Below, one piece after another: positions 26,445 to 38,068 of a stretch of 64,000 nucleotides of DNA. Source of the stretch: Macrostomum hystrix (lineage: Eukaryota; Animalia; Platyhelminthes); assembly GCA_950097015.1 (NCBI GenBank), contig CATNEN010000011.1, positions 1,054,001 to 1,118,000 on the forward strand, written 5' to 3'. The translations under genes were made by a program, and so were the position numbers. Position 1 is the stretch's first letter. Each line of letters starts with the position of its first letter. Below the pieces are notes generated by a model. It was not told where the DNA came from. It saw nothing but the letters and a program-made list of their open reading frames with translations, and made no database searches.

Positions 26445-27100
26445 CGTGCCTCATCTCTTCTGTCTCATCTCCCCTCTGTCCCATTTCTCCCCTGTCTCAT
26501 CTCACCCCTGTCTTATATCCCCTATCTCATCTCTCCCCTGTCTCATCTCCTCTGTGCCTCAGTGCCTCATCTCAAAGTGTCTCATCCCTCTTGCATTTAA
26601 TCTCTCACCTGTCTCACCTCTCCCGTGTCTCATCTCTCGCCTGCCTCATCTCTTCCGTGTCTTATCTCTCCCCTGTCGCATCTCCCCTCTGTCTTATCTC
26701 TTCAGTGTCTTATCTCTTTAGTTTCTCATCTCTTACGAGTCTCATCTCCCCTGTCTCATCTCACCCCTATCTCATCTCTCCCCTGTCTCATTTCTCCTCT
26801 GCCTCATCTCCCCTCTGTCTCATCTCCTCTGTGCCTCAGTGCCTCATCTCAAAGTGTCTCATCCCTCTTGTATCTAATCTCTCACCTGTCTCACCTCTCC
26901 CGTGTCTCATCTCTTCCGTGTCTTATCTCTCCCCTGTCTCATCCCCCTCTGTCGCATCTCCCCTCTGTCCTATCTCTTCAGTGTCTTATCTCTTTAGTTT
27001 CTCATCTCTTACGAGTCCCATCTCCCCTGTCTCATCTCTCCTGTCTCATCTCTTCTGTGTCTCATCTCTACTCTATCTCATCTCTTCTCTGTCTTATTTC
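26445..27100. repeat. Pyrimidine-rich low-complexity array upstream of ZNRD2
   Basis: TCTCATCTCCCCTG-type units. A complementary AG-rich tract lies at 25950-26085. Confidence 0.85.
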
Positions 27101-27464
27101 CCTATTATAAAATAGTTAAATAAAAAATGTCTTACAAGCCAGTGGACATTGATTAGTATGCTAAAAAATCTACTGCCTTTAAGCACAATCTGTGTACTAG
27201 TCAATTATTGTTTACAAAATAAAACTGACAAGATATGCATCGATTGTTCTGGAATTGAAATATTTAAACATGAACCAATTGAGAACAAATATTGGCAAAC
27301 CTGGTGGAGCGAGCGATCAACGGGGGCTGATTGAGAGTCGACTCAAAATGCAAATGTGAAAAACATCAATTTGCCTTGATAATTGATAAAAAAGTACAAT
27401 GTACAAAATAAAATTTTACCGAAAATTGCAGTTAAATTAATAAAAACATGTAAGTCTCAGTGGG

Positions 27465-27940
27465 ACAAACTTGGTGCGGAATCCCGGCCGGGGAATCTCG
27501 GTGGGGAATCTCAGTGGGGAATCTCGATGGGGATCCCGGCAAGGGAATCTGAGAGGGGAATTCTTAATGGGGGAGAATCTCGGTGGGAACCTCGGTGGGG
27601 AATCCCGGCAAGGAAATCTGGGTGGAGAAGTCTTAGTGGGAGAAGTCTTAGTGGGAGAATCTTGGTGGGGAATCTCGGTGAGGATCCCTGCAGGGGAATC
27701 TGCGTGGGGAAGTCTGAGTGGGGGGATCTCGGTGGGGAAATCTTGATGGGAATCCCGGCAGGGAAATCTCGACGGGGATCCCGGCAGGGGAATCTGCGTG
27801 GGGAAGTCTGAGTGGGGGGGAATCTCGGTGGGAATCTCGGTGGGGGAATCTCAGCGGGGAATCCCGGCGAGGGATTTTCGATTGGGGAATCTCTGTGGGG
27901 GATTCTTGGCAGAGTGATGTCGCCGGGGAGATCCCAAGGA
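27465..27940. repeat. G-run-rich degenerate array
   Basis: GGGGAATCTC / GGGAATCCCGGCA units. Confidence 0.85.
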
Positions 27941-28215
27941 GTTTTTAGAGGAGCATTTCAGTGGGGTTTCTCAGTGTCAAAGCAGTCAATACGCCCAAGA
28001 CGTCTCCTTATATAAACAGAAAAAGTGTTGAAAAGTTACGAATTCAGACAAAGTAAAATAAATTGCCGAAAAATCTAGTAACACCAATTAACAAGAAATT
28101 TCATTAAAAAACAAAATTAAAGAATGTTTTAGCTCAAAGAATCGACTCATAAAAAATATCGATTAGATGCAGCATCACGAATAATTTATTTATAAAACTG
28201 TTTGAGAATCTCTCA

Positions 28216-31200
28216 TTAATCCAGCACAGGCGGACTCGGCGTAGGCGAGTAGAATGCTATGGGCGAAGCGGCGAAAGAAGACCTGGAAGAAAAAAGCTTC
28301 GACAACGAAGCTGCCTCTTCGTGATCGTCGCGCGGCGATGCTGACAAACAATCCACGAAGGTCTCGTCCTCGTAGTGCTCGGAGGCAGCTCCGGGCATGA
28401 TGCGCTCACTCTGGGTGAATGCCTGCAGCACCGAGGCCTCAACAGCGTCGCCGCCTCGGTCCGCCAACGCGCTGAGCGAGTCCTCCAGGAAGCGACATTT
28501 CACAGTCAGCTGGTGCAGGCGGGACCTCCTCAGCTCCTCCTGCTGGGTGAGCTGGGCCAGGCAGCCAGCCAGAGCGCGAGCTACTTCTGACGAGCTGTCG
28601 GCTAGGGCGCGCAGCTTCGGCTGCACCGCCGCCAGACAGCGGCTTGAATCCGTGGACGACTGCGGATGGTCCAGCAGCCTTAGCAGCGAGTCCACAGCGC
28701 TCACCTGCAGTTTGACACGACACGTCTGGCTAACTGACACAATTGGTTTACAATGCGCCAAGACTCGAACTTCCGACCTCTAAGGAAAAGGCTCCAATCT
28801 TGTAAAAGTTCATCAACAGCAAAAATACATCGGAGGATATTTCTAATACTCATGTTTTTTTTCTTTTTATCCGAAAAAAGTCCACTATTATTATTGGGTC
28901 AGATGTGCAGCCAACAGCACAGCCGCAGCTATTGCGCGGCGCATCTGAAGGCTGCGTACGGCTGTTCAGTCCATGGACTGGGGGGACGCCACACCCACCC
29001 TCAATTATCCCAGCTGATGCTGGTACCCATTTAACAGCTGGGTGAACTGAAGCAATGCAGAGTTAAGTGTCTTGCTAAAGGACACAAATTGTTCCAGTGG
29101 AGTCGGGAATCGAACCCCCGACCTTCAAGTCGTGAGTCCGACGCTCTAACCACTAGGCTACAATCTCTCTAGGCTGCTGTAAACTACACTAATAGAAGGC
29201 CAGTGGCTGTACACGTGAAACCCACCTGATCAATCAGAATTTGCTGATGAGCCTCAGCGGCGCGAACTGACTCAGCTAGCGATCTGATTGGCAGCAGGCC
29301 TTCATCTGGGCCCCCGCCACCGCCGTCGGCGCTGCCGCCGCTGACGCTGCGACTGATTCGTCTGCCACGCCCGGCGTTGCTTTGAATGACGGAAGCCATT
29401 TGCCTGTCGCCGAATTCGACGTGTCTTCGAAGGGCGGACAGCCAGAGCTGCCTGGTTACGGGCATGTTGTCCTCCGGCAGGCAGCGAAGGACGTGCCTGT
29501 ATTGGTCGAATAGTCTTTGTAGGCTTCTAAGATGGATTAAACACAGGAAGGATTAGCAGATGAAGGGCAGATGTGGATTAAGTAGATTAATTACAGTACA
29601 TGATTAAGTAGATTCAGGACAGGAAATGTGAAGTATGTTTAGGCGCTGGAAGGGTCGCATAGTGCAGGGATTCAATAGAGCATTACCTGGCTCCATTGCT
29701 GAAGCAGATGACCAGACAGTCAGCCTGGACATTGGTACTGGTCACCACGCTGCCATTCAGAGCCCTTTGAAATGCCAGACTCTTTGTCGGCAAGTATTTG
29801 CCAGCGGACTTTGAGGCTCGATAATAGCGCAATTCGCCTGAGTCCAGTTCCACGTGAATGGTCCTCCAACCCATTAGAGGCAGCAGAGCCGCTTTCTTCT
29901 GCATCAGGCCGGTTCGAGGTGTCGGCGGCTCTCGTCGCATCAGCGTCGACAGGCCGGGCGTGCTGTTCAGCAAGTCACGCACAGCCGAACTCACAGCCAG
30001 ATCTGCTGGACAATGTCCAGTTGAATTGCGCCTAGTCGGATCGGCACCGCGTTCTAACAGTGCCACAATTAATTGGCAGCGATTTGATCTGGCAGCCAGG
30101 TGAAGCGGCGTGTTGCCGAAGCGATCGGTGCAGTGCAGATCTGGCGGACTGGTCATGCCTGGAAACAGCGAGGAGCAAATGAAGATCAGATGACAAGCCT
30201 TGAATAATTTGATGCCAAGCCCTGAAGAATCAGATGCCAAACCCTGAAGAATCGGATGAGAATTCCTGAAGAATTGGATGACAAGCCCTGAAGAACCGGA
30301 TGACAAGCCTTGCAGAATTGGATGACAAGCCCTGAAGAATAGGATGAGAATTCCTGAAGAACCGGATGACGAGCCCTGAAGAACCGGATGACAAGCCCTG
30401 AAGAACCGGATGACAAGCCCTGAAGAACCGGATGACAAGCCCTGAAGAACCGGATGACAAGCCCTGAAGAACCGGATGACAAGCCCTGAAGAACCGGATG
30501 ACAAGCCCCAAAGAACCGGATGACAAGCCCTAAAGAACCGGATGACAAGCCCTGAAGAACCGGATGACAAGCCCTGAAGAACCGGATGACAAGCCCTGAA
30601 GAACCGGATGACAAGCCCTAAAGAACCGGATGACAAGCCCTGAAGAACCGGATGACAAGCCCTGAAGAACCGGATGACAAGCCCTGAAGAACCGGATGAC
30701 AAGCCCTGAAGAACCGGATGACAAGCCCTGAAGAACCGGATGACAAGCCCTGAAGAACCGGATGACAAGCCCTGAAGAATCGGATGACAAGCCCTAAAGA
30801 ACCGGATGACAAGCCCTGAAGAACCGGATGACAAGCCCTGAAGAACCGGATGACAAGCCCCAAATAACCGGATGACAAGCCCTAAAGAACCGGATGACAA
30901 GCCCTGAAGAATCGGATGACAAGCCCTGAAGAACCGGATGACAAGCCCTGAAGAACCGGATGACAAGCACTGAAGAACCGGATGACAAGCACTGAAGAAC
31001 CGAATGACAAGCCCTGAAGAACTGGATGACAAGCCCTGAAGAATCGGATGAGAATTCCTAAAGAATTGGATGACAAGCCCTGAAGAACCGGATGACAAGC
31101 CCTGAAGAATCGGATGAGAATTCCTAAAGAATTGGATGACAAGCCCTGAAGAACCGGATGACAAGCCCTGAAGAATCGGATGAGAATTCCTGAAGAATTG

Positions 31201-32324
31201 GATGACAAGCCCTGAAGAACCGGATGACAAGTCCTGAAAAATGAGATGACAGGCTCTGAAGAACCGGATGACAAGCCCTAAAGAACCGGATGACAACCCT
31301 TGAAGAATTGGATGACAAGCCCTGAAGAACCGGATGATAAGCCCTGAAGAATCGGATGAGAATTCCTAAAGAATTGGATGACAAACCCTAAATAACCGGA
31401 TGACAAGCCCTGAAGAATCGGATGACAAGTCCTGAAAAACCGGAGGACCAGCACTGAAGAACCGGATGACAGGCTCTGAAGAACCGGATGACAGGCCCTG
31501 AAGAACCGGATGACAAGCCCTGAAGAACCGGATGACAGGCCCTGAAGAACCGGATGACAGGCCCTGAAGAACCGGATGACAGGCCCTGAAGAACCGGATG
31601 ACAAGCCCTGAAGAACCGGATGACAGGCCCTGAAGAACCGGATGACAAGCCTTGAAGAACCGGATGACAAGCCCTGAAGAACCGGATGACAGGCCCTGAA
31701 GAACCGGATGACAAGCCCTGAAGAACCGAATGACAAGCGCTAAAACCCACCTAGCAGCCGCTCGATGGTCTCGAAGTCGCCAGCCTGAGCAGCCGTCAGC
31801 AGCCGCTGCTCCAGTCGCATGCTGGCGTGAATCTCCGCCGCGGAAATCATGTCGGCAACTTCAGGAGTTTTAGCCAAATCCGAGGGCGTCTGATTGGCGA
31901 AATTAGTCAGCCGGACATCGCAGCCGGCGTCGAGAAGGATTCGAACCACCGCCACTCGGCCAGTATAGCTAGCCTTGTGAAGCGCAGTGTCGCCATTGTC
32001 AGCAGGCAAGTCGGCATCAGCGCCATGCTCAAGCAGGAACCGGGTAGTCTCGGTGTGGCCAAAGAAGGCTGTCAGATGCAAGGGAGTCCAACCGAAGAAG
32101 CTTTTCGAATAGCTGGGCAGATTGAGGCTAAAGCCGGGCAGGCAGCGGTTCAGGCTGATGAGCTGGCGCAGGTCATCCACCGAATTATTTCTGGCACATT
32201 GGCTAATTAATTCGCGCAGCTCGTCCAGCTCTAGGAGGCCTTCGGATCCGCCAGTGTCTTTGTCATAGTCTTTGTTGTTTGAAGCCGGATGCTGCTTTTG
32301 ATGGTGCTGGCTGAGTTCGGCCAT
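28216..32324 (-). CDS. OSBPL1A: OSBPL1A/ORP1L-like protein (ankyrin repeats, PH domain, helical region, FFAT-like motif), ~611 aa, with no oxysterol-binding domain
   Basis: GWTPLHLTAFFGH, GDTALHKASYTGR, EQRLLTAAQAGD, DLHCTDRFGNTPLHLAA and the PH start GWRTIHVELDSGELRYYR follow the ORP1L N-terminal layout. EDETFVDCLS is FFAT-like. Exons 31751-32324, 29687-30158, 29226-29526 and 28216-28704 are phase-consistent. Confidence 0.85.
28886..29162 (-). mobile_element. tRNA-derived SINE (family A) with CORE-like central block
   Basis: Reverse strand reads TGTAGCCTAGTGGTTAG (A box), GGTTCGATTCCC (B box), then GTGTCCTTTAGCAAGACACTTAAC...CAGCTGTTAAATGGGTACC and a (TAA)n tail. Homologous to 59904-60176. 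Confidence 0.85.
30185..31745. repeat. Minisatellite, 22-bp unit, ~70 copies, filling OSBPL1A-like intron 1
   Basis: Unit GAAGAACCGGATGACAAGCCCT. Confidence 0.96.
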
Positions 32325-32419
32325 AGAGTTTAGCTTGAGCTGATGTTCAACTCTGCAAGGAGTTGAAAGTGCAGGACCAGTAAGTACTGGGATTTGAGAT
32401 GGCGGTCAAATGGTTGTAA

Positions 32420-32810
32420 GATGGGATCTGAGGGATCATGTGGGGATCTGAAGGATCATGTGATGGGATCTGAAGGACCATGTGATGGGATCTGAAGGAT
32501 CATGTGAGGGTATCTGAAGGATCATGTGGGGGGATATTAAGGATCATGTGATGGGATCTGAAGAATTATGTGATGGGATCTGAAGAATCATGTGATGGGA
32601 TCTGAGGGATCATGTGATGGGATCTGAAAGATTATGTGAGGGTATCTGAAGGATCATGTGGGGGATCTGAAGGATCATGTGATGGGATCTGAAGGATCAT
32701 GTGATGGGATCTGAGGGATCATGTGGGGGATCTGAAGAATCATGTGATGGGATCTGAGGGATCATGTGGGGGATCTGAAAGATTATGTGATGGTATCTGA
32801 AGGACCATTT
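32420..32810. repeat. Minisatellite, 22-bp unit, upstream of the OSBPL1A-like gene
   Basis: Unit GATGGGATCTGAAGGATCATGT. Confidence 0.92.
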
Positions 32811-33329
32811 TAGTGGATTATAAGTATCATAAAAGTGTTCTGAAGTGTCCTCTTAAATGAAGTTTTCCAAACAGTTTAGAAAATCAATCGCATTGTATGC
32901 ATACTCTGAATAGATTTCTTACTAAACAATAACATTCTACGGGAATGCTAAATTTATTAGGAAATTTATCTTTTTGTAATCTATGAAACAGAAGAACACA
33001 ATACGGAAAAAATACAGAGGAAATCAAGAACTTAAACAAAATGGCATATTCATATTGTTAAAGCAACAGTAATTGTTGAAATTAAAGGACACAGAGTTAC
33101 TTAGAAAATAAATCTCCATTTTTTAAACGATGGAACTAATTTACACAGACAGCAAATTAATGAATGAATTGTAAGTGTTTATTGACATTGTACAATAGAT
33201 TTATTTAGGTTCCTGATCCCACGATTAACTTCACAGCCGCAACGCAATCGTAATTAAAGAAGTGTTTTAAAAAGACAAATTTGCAAAACTAAGCTAAGAA
33301 AATTAATTCAGATGGATTTTAGGCAATAA

Positions 33330-33765
33330 TAGAAGGATCATTTGATGGGATATTTGAAGGATCATACGAGGGGATATTTGAAGAATCATATGAGGGGATT
33401 TTCGAAGGATCATTTGAGGGGATATTTAAGGGATCATTTGATGGGATATTTAAAGGATCATTAGATGGACTTTTTGAGTGATTAAAAGAGGGGATTTTTG
33501 AAGGATCATATGAGGGGATATTAGAGGGATCATATGAGAGGATATCTGAGGATCATATGAGGGGATATTTGAGTTATCATATGAGGGGATATTTGAGGGA
33601 TCATATGAGGGGATATTAGAGGGATCATATGAGAGGATATCTGAGGGATCATATGAGGGGATATTTGAGTTATCATATGAGTGGATATTTGAGGGATCAT
33701 ATGAGGGGATATTTGAGTTATCATATGAGGGGATATTTGAGGGATCATATGAGGGGATATTTGAA
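33330..33765. repeat. Minisatellite, ~24-bp unit
   Basis: Unit GAGGGATCATATGAGGGGATATTT. Confidence 0.88.
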
Positions 33766-34169
33766 AATCTATATGTGTAATTGAAGAAGGTATGTCAGAA
33801 GCAGTACTGCCAAATTAGGTTTTTAGAAAAACATTCGTAAAAATGCGCGATAGACTTTTATGGCAGTTCGTTAAAAGTACATTTCAGAGCTTTAGACGTT
33901 AAAACTATATGTTACGAAAAAGTATAAATTTCGAGTCTTTATATGACTTCTGTGAACCATTGATAGCGTCTAATACAATTTGCGAAGACAAATAAAGTTT
34001 CTTTATTACAAACCTTTAAAAGGCTAGTACACCAAACAGTATATCAAAAGTGTTCTAAAAAAGTCTTTAGCAACGGGCATTTATACAGAATAGGAATTAA
34101 ATAAAACTGGGACAAGAAGCACATGGTATTAATTTCCCGGTTAGGTGGCTTAAACACTTGAGAAGGAAA

Positions 34170-34560
34170 TGAACACTGGGGGAGAAGGGATAAACACTGG
34201 AGGAGAAGGGGATAAACACTGGAGGAGAAGGGGATAAACACTTGGAGAGAAGGGGATAAACACTGAGGAGAAGGGGATAAACACTTGGGGAGAAGGGGAT
34301 AAACACTGAGGAGAAGGGGATAAACAATTGGGGAGAAGGGGATAAACAATTGGGGAGAAGGGGATAAACACTGGAGAAGGGGATAAATACTGAGGAGAAG
34401 GGGATAAACACTTGGGGAGAAAGGGATAAACACTTGGGGAGAAAGGGATAAACACTGGGGGAGAAGGGGATAAACACTAGGGGAGAAGGGGATAGACACT
34501 GGGGGAGAAGGGGATAAACACTGGAGAAGGGATAAATACTGGGGGAAAAGGGACAAAACC
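34170..34560. repeat. Minisatellite, ~21-24-bp unit
   Basis: Unit GGAGAAGGGGATAAACACT(G/T). Confidence 0.9.
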
Positions 34561-34743
34561 CTTGGGAAGATGGGATAAACACCATGGAATTTCAGGCATA
34601 ATCTCATAGTCAGAGATAAAGGCATTAGAACTCATGCAGTAAAGAATTAGAACACAGTCTAGATTACAGTCTAGAACGACAGCAAGGGAAAGGGGCATGA
34701 AAGTAAAATGAAAAAACTCGTTAAAATGTATCCCCAGAAAGGA

Positions 34744-36148
34744 TCAACAACACGACCAGCTACTCAGCGATTTGCTATTAAGATGAATTGCCTGCGACGT
34801 CTCGCCTTGTCTCCCGACGCCGCCGCCGTCGTGTCGACGCTTCAACTCGGCTGCCAGCATCTGGAAGACCTGGTCGATGTTAGAATTCTCCTTGGCCGAA
34901 GTTTCCAGGCAAGCCAGCATGGCCATCTTGGCCGCAAAGTCGACACCGTCAGTGACGCGAACCTCTCTGAGGTGTTCCAGATCTTTTTTACAGCCGACTA
35001 GGATCTGGATGACACCGCTGCCGGCGTAGCGGCTGACATCGTCCATCCAGTTGGTCAGGGAGTCGAAGGATTCCTGGATTGTTGATTAGAATCTTATAAT
35101 ACTTCAGTATGTGTCTAATGACCAACCTAAAGGAATCCTAAAATACTTCAGTATGTGTCTAATGACCAACCTAAATAAATCCTAAAATACTTCAGTATGT
35201 GTCTAATGACCAACCTAAAGGAATCCTAAAATACTTCAGTGTGTGTCTAATGACCAACCTAAATAAATCCCAAAATACCAGCCTAATGACCAACCTAAAT
35301 GAATCCTAAAATACCAGCCTAATGACCAACCTAAATGAATCCTAAAATACGGCCTAATGACCAACCTAAATGAATCCTAAAATAGCGGCCTAATGACCAA
35401 CCTAAATGAATCCTAAAATACGGCCTAATGACCAACCTAAAGGAATCCTAAAATACCAGCCTAATGACCAACCTAAATGAATCCTAAAATACCAGCCTAA
35501 TGGCCAACCTAAATGAATCCTAAATTACCAGCCTAATGGCCAACCTAAATGAATCCTAAAATACCAGCCTAATGACCAACCTAAATGAATCCTAAAATAC
35601 CAGCCTAATGACCAACCTAAATGAATCCTAAAATACCAGCCTAATGACCAACCTAAATGAATCCTAAAATACCAGCCTAATGACCAACCTAAATGAATCC
35701 TAAAATACCAGCCTAATGACCAACCTAAATGAATCCTAAAATACCAGCCTAATGACCAATCTAAATGAATCCAAGAATAGGTGGTCAGTTTCCAATCAAT
35801 TACCCTAAAAACTTTGCATAATTGGCAACCAAAAAAACAGTAAGCGGGTGTATTGCTGACCCTTTTAGTGATATCGTAGGCTAATATGACAGCATTGGCA
35901 GATCTGTAATAGCTCTGTGTGATGGTTCGGAATCTCTCCTGGCCGGCAGTGTCCCAGACCTGCAGCTTGACCCGGGAACCATCAACAATCAGCGTCTTCA
36001 TAGTGAAGTCCACGCCAATAGTGCTGCTCTGTTTCTCCAGATAATTGCCGGATTTGAATCGTTGCACAACGCATGATTTGCCAACACCCGCGTCACCAAT
36101 AAGGACAATTTTGAATAAAAAATCGAACTGCTCATCGGCTGGCTCCAT
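34744..36148 (-). CDS. RAB43: Rab GTPase of the Rab43/Rab19 group, ~205 aa
   Basis: [63 protein letters not shown] and a C-terminal CC prenylation site. Exons 35861-36148 and 34744-35073. Confidence 0.9.
35095..35770. repeat. Minisatellite, 36-bp unit (RAB43 intron)
   Basis: Unit AATGACCAACCTAAATGAATCCTAAAATACCAGCCT. Confidence 0.94.
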
Positions 36149-36254
36149 TGTCTTAGGGAAACTGCAAGCATGAGAGGTGTGGCAAACTTTAAAGTACTTC
36201 GGTACAAACTACTTAAAGTGCTTGAAATTATTACTTGAAAGATAAGGGAGATTA

Positions 36255-36700
36255 TTATTGTGGGAACTCAGTGTCTAGTGAGATTAGTATTGTGGGATCT
36301 CAGTGTCTAGTGAGATTAGTATTGTGGGATCTCAGTGTCTAGTGAGATTAGTATTGTGGGATCTCAGTGTCTAGTGAGATTAGTATTGTGGGATCTCAGT
36401 GTCTAGTGAGATTAGTATTGTGGGATCTCAGTGTCTAGTGAGATTAGTACAGTGGGATCTCAGTGTCTAGTGAGATTAGTACTGTGGGATCTCAGTGTCT
36501 AGTGAGATTAGTATTGTGGGATCTCAGTGTCTAGTGAGATTAGTACAGTGGGATCTCAGTGTCTAGTGAGATTAGTACTGTGGGAACTCAGTGTCTAGTG
36601 AGATTAGTATTGTGGGATCTTAGTGACTTGTGAGATTAGTATTTTGGGATCTCAATGTCTAGTGAGATTAGTTTTGTGGGATCCCAGTGTCTAGTAATAC
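36255..36700. repeat. Minisatellite, 32-bp unit, upstream of RAB43
   Basis: Unit GTGGGATCTCAGTGTCTAGTGAGATTAGTATT. Confidence 0.94.
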
Positions 36701-38060
36701 TTGTGCAATTCTTGCTTCTGTGAAACTGGAACCAAAATGTTGGCTATTTTACTCAAGCAATTTTTTCTTAGCAATAAATAAAACTTCAACAATTAAATTG
36801 CATATTTATTATATTTAATCACAACTATATATATAGAGGGAATCTGAGAGCCTGTATGCCTATTTTCATACTCAGAATGTGTGCATAATTTTTGGTCAGA
36901 CCAAATAGTCTTTTTAGTTTTTAATACAACTTAGAAGCAAAATATTATAGCTACTTTTTAATTAAATTATCAATCAAATGTTTGATATATATGGTTTCAA
37001 AAAATTGATTACACTAAAAATTTAAATTCAAATAAGTAAATTCCAAATAAAGAGAAGTTATAATATAACACTGTTGGAATTTTAAGTAGAGTTTAAAAAA
37101 CTGATGATCAGTGGCACAACGAGGATTTTCCAAAGGGCTGGAAAGAGACAGGCCAATTAAGGCGAATCATCCTGGACAATTGGTAGATGTGGTTCAAGGG
37201 CCATTATGGTGAAAAATGCTTGGTCCCAATTATCTTACTATATTTTGGGTCCTCCGGAGGAAAGAGGTGGTCACCTCCTGCCTGGTTGCATCAGTGATAA
37301 ATAAGTTAAGGCTATGAAGCCACAAAATCACACAACATTCCTAGGATTTGCAATATTTTTTCACCATTATTTTGATTTGATGACCCCATGTAGTTTTATA
37401 TTTCAGTGATCATGGTGATTGTCATTGTCACTATTACCAATTTCAGGGTTTGTAAACAATCTGCTTACTTAACGAAATGGATTTAATAAAAATTCGAATA
37501 AAAATTGGCTAAAAATATTATCTGTTGATACAAAAATTCAACCTGCTCATCTGGACACTGTGTGTACATACATGAACTGCTTGGCCAGCTTCCAGACCTA
37601 GCCATAATATCATAGCTATTATTCGTACTCAGTGACTGTCAATAAGTAATTCTAATTCATATTAAAAAGTAGACGATAGAACTAAAAAGATTTTTAAATA
37701 AACTTATTATATTTATGTGGAAAATTTCTGAAGCGAAGCTTACTGGTTAGCTGCCTGCCTGCACAGAAAGCGCTTCTAAGAAAGTGGATTGAATCAGTTA
37801 GGTTTAAAGTTTTGCAATTGTGTTTATTATGTTTTAATATAAAAAAATATGACGAACATTATAGGTGCTTAAAAATTTATTTTTATGCAATTAAGTACAG
37901 AAGTATTTACCCAAACAAGTAAAAACTGAAGTATAATTTTTGTTATACTTAGCATTTGCTAAGCTACAATTTTGAGTATCGATGTCTTAAATTGATCAAA
38001 AGTCAGTCATTTAAATTTTGTTGTAACTGTATCTCTTACTAAAAGTCTATTTTGTGAACA
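36700..38060. promoter_or_regulatory. Probable bidirectional promoter region between RAB43 (-) and calaxin (+)
   Basis: Head-to-head arrangement with ~1.9 kb between the start codons and AT-rich non-coding sequence. Positional inference only; no specific motif identified. Confidence 0.45.
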
Positions 38061-38068
38061 GACTTACA

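Noticed and set aside
29090-29162. Possible tRNA genes here and at 13572, 17270 and 60110
   Set aside because: A and B boxes are present, but acceptor and anticodon stems are broken and each runs into a SINE body.
29683-31296. 537-aa ORF that appears to extend the ankyrin/PH exon
   Set aside because: The N-terminal ~370 aa are a translation of the 22-bp intronic minisatellite. The true exon begins at the acceptor at 30158 and joins 31751 in phase.
37108-37300. Degenerate CAGTGGC...-type MITE in the putative promoter
   Set aside because: Only ~8 of 12 terminal bases match and no TSD is visible.
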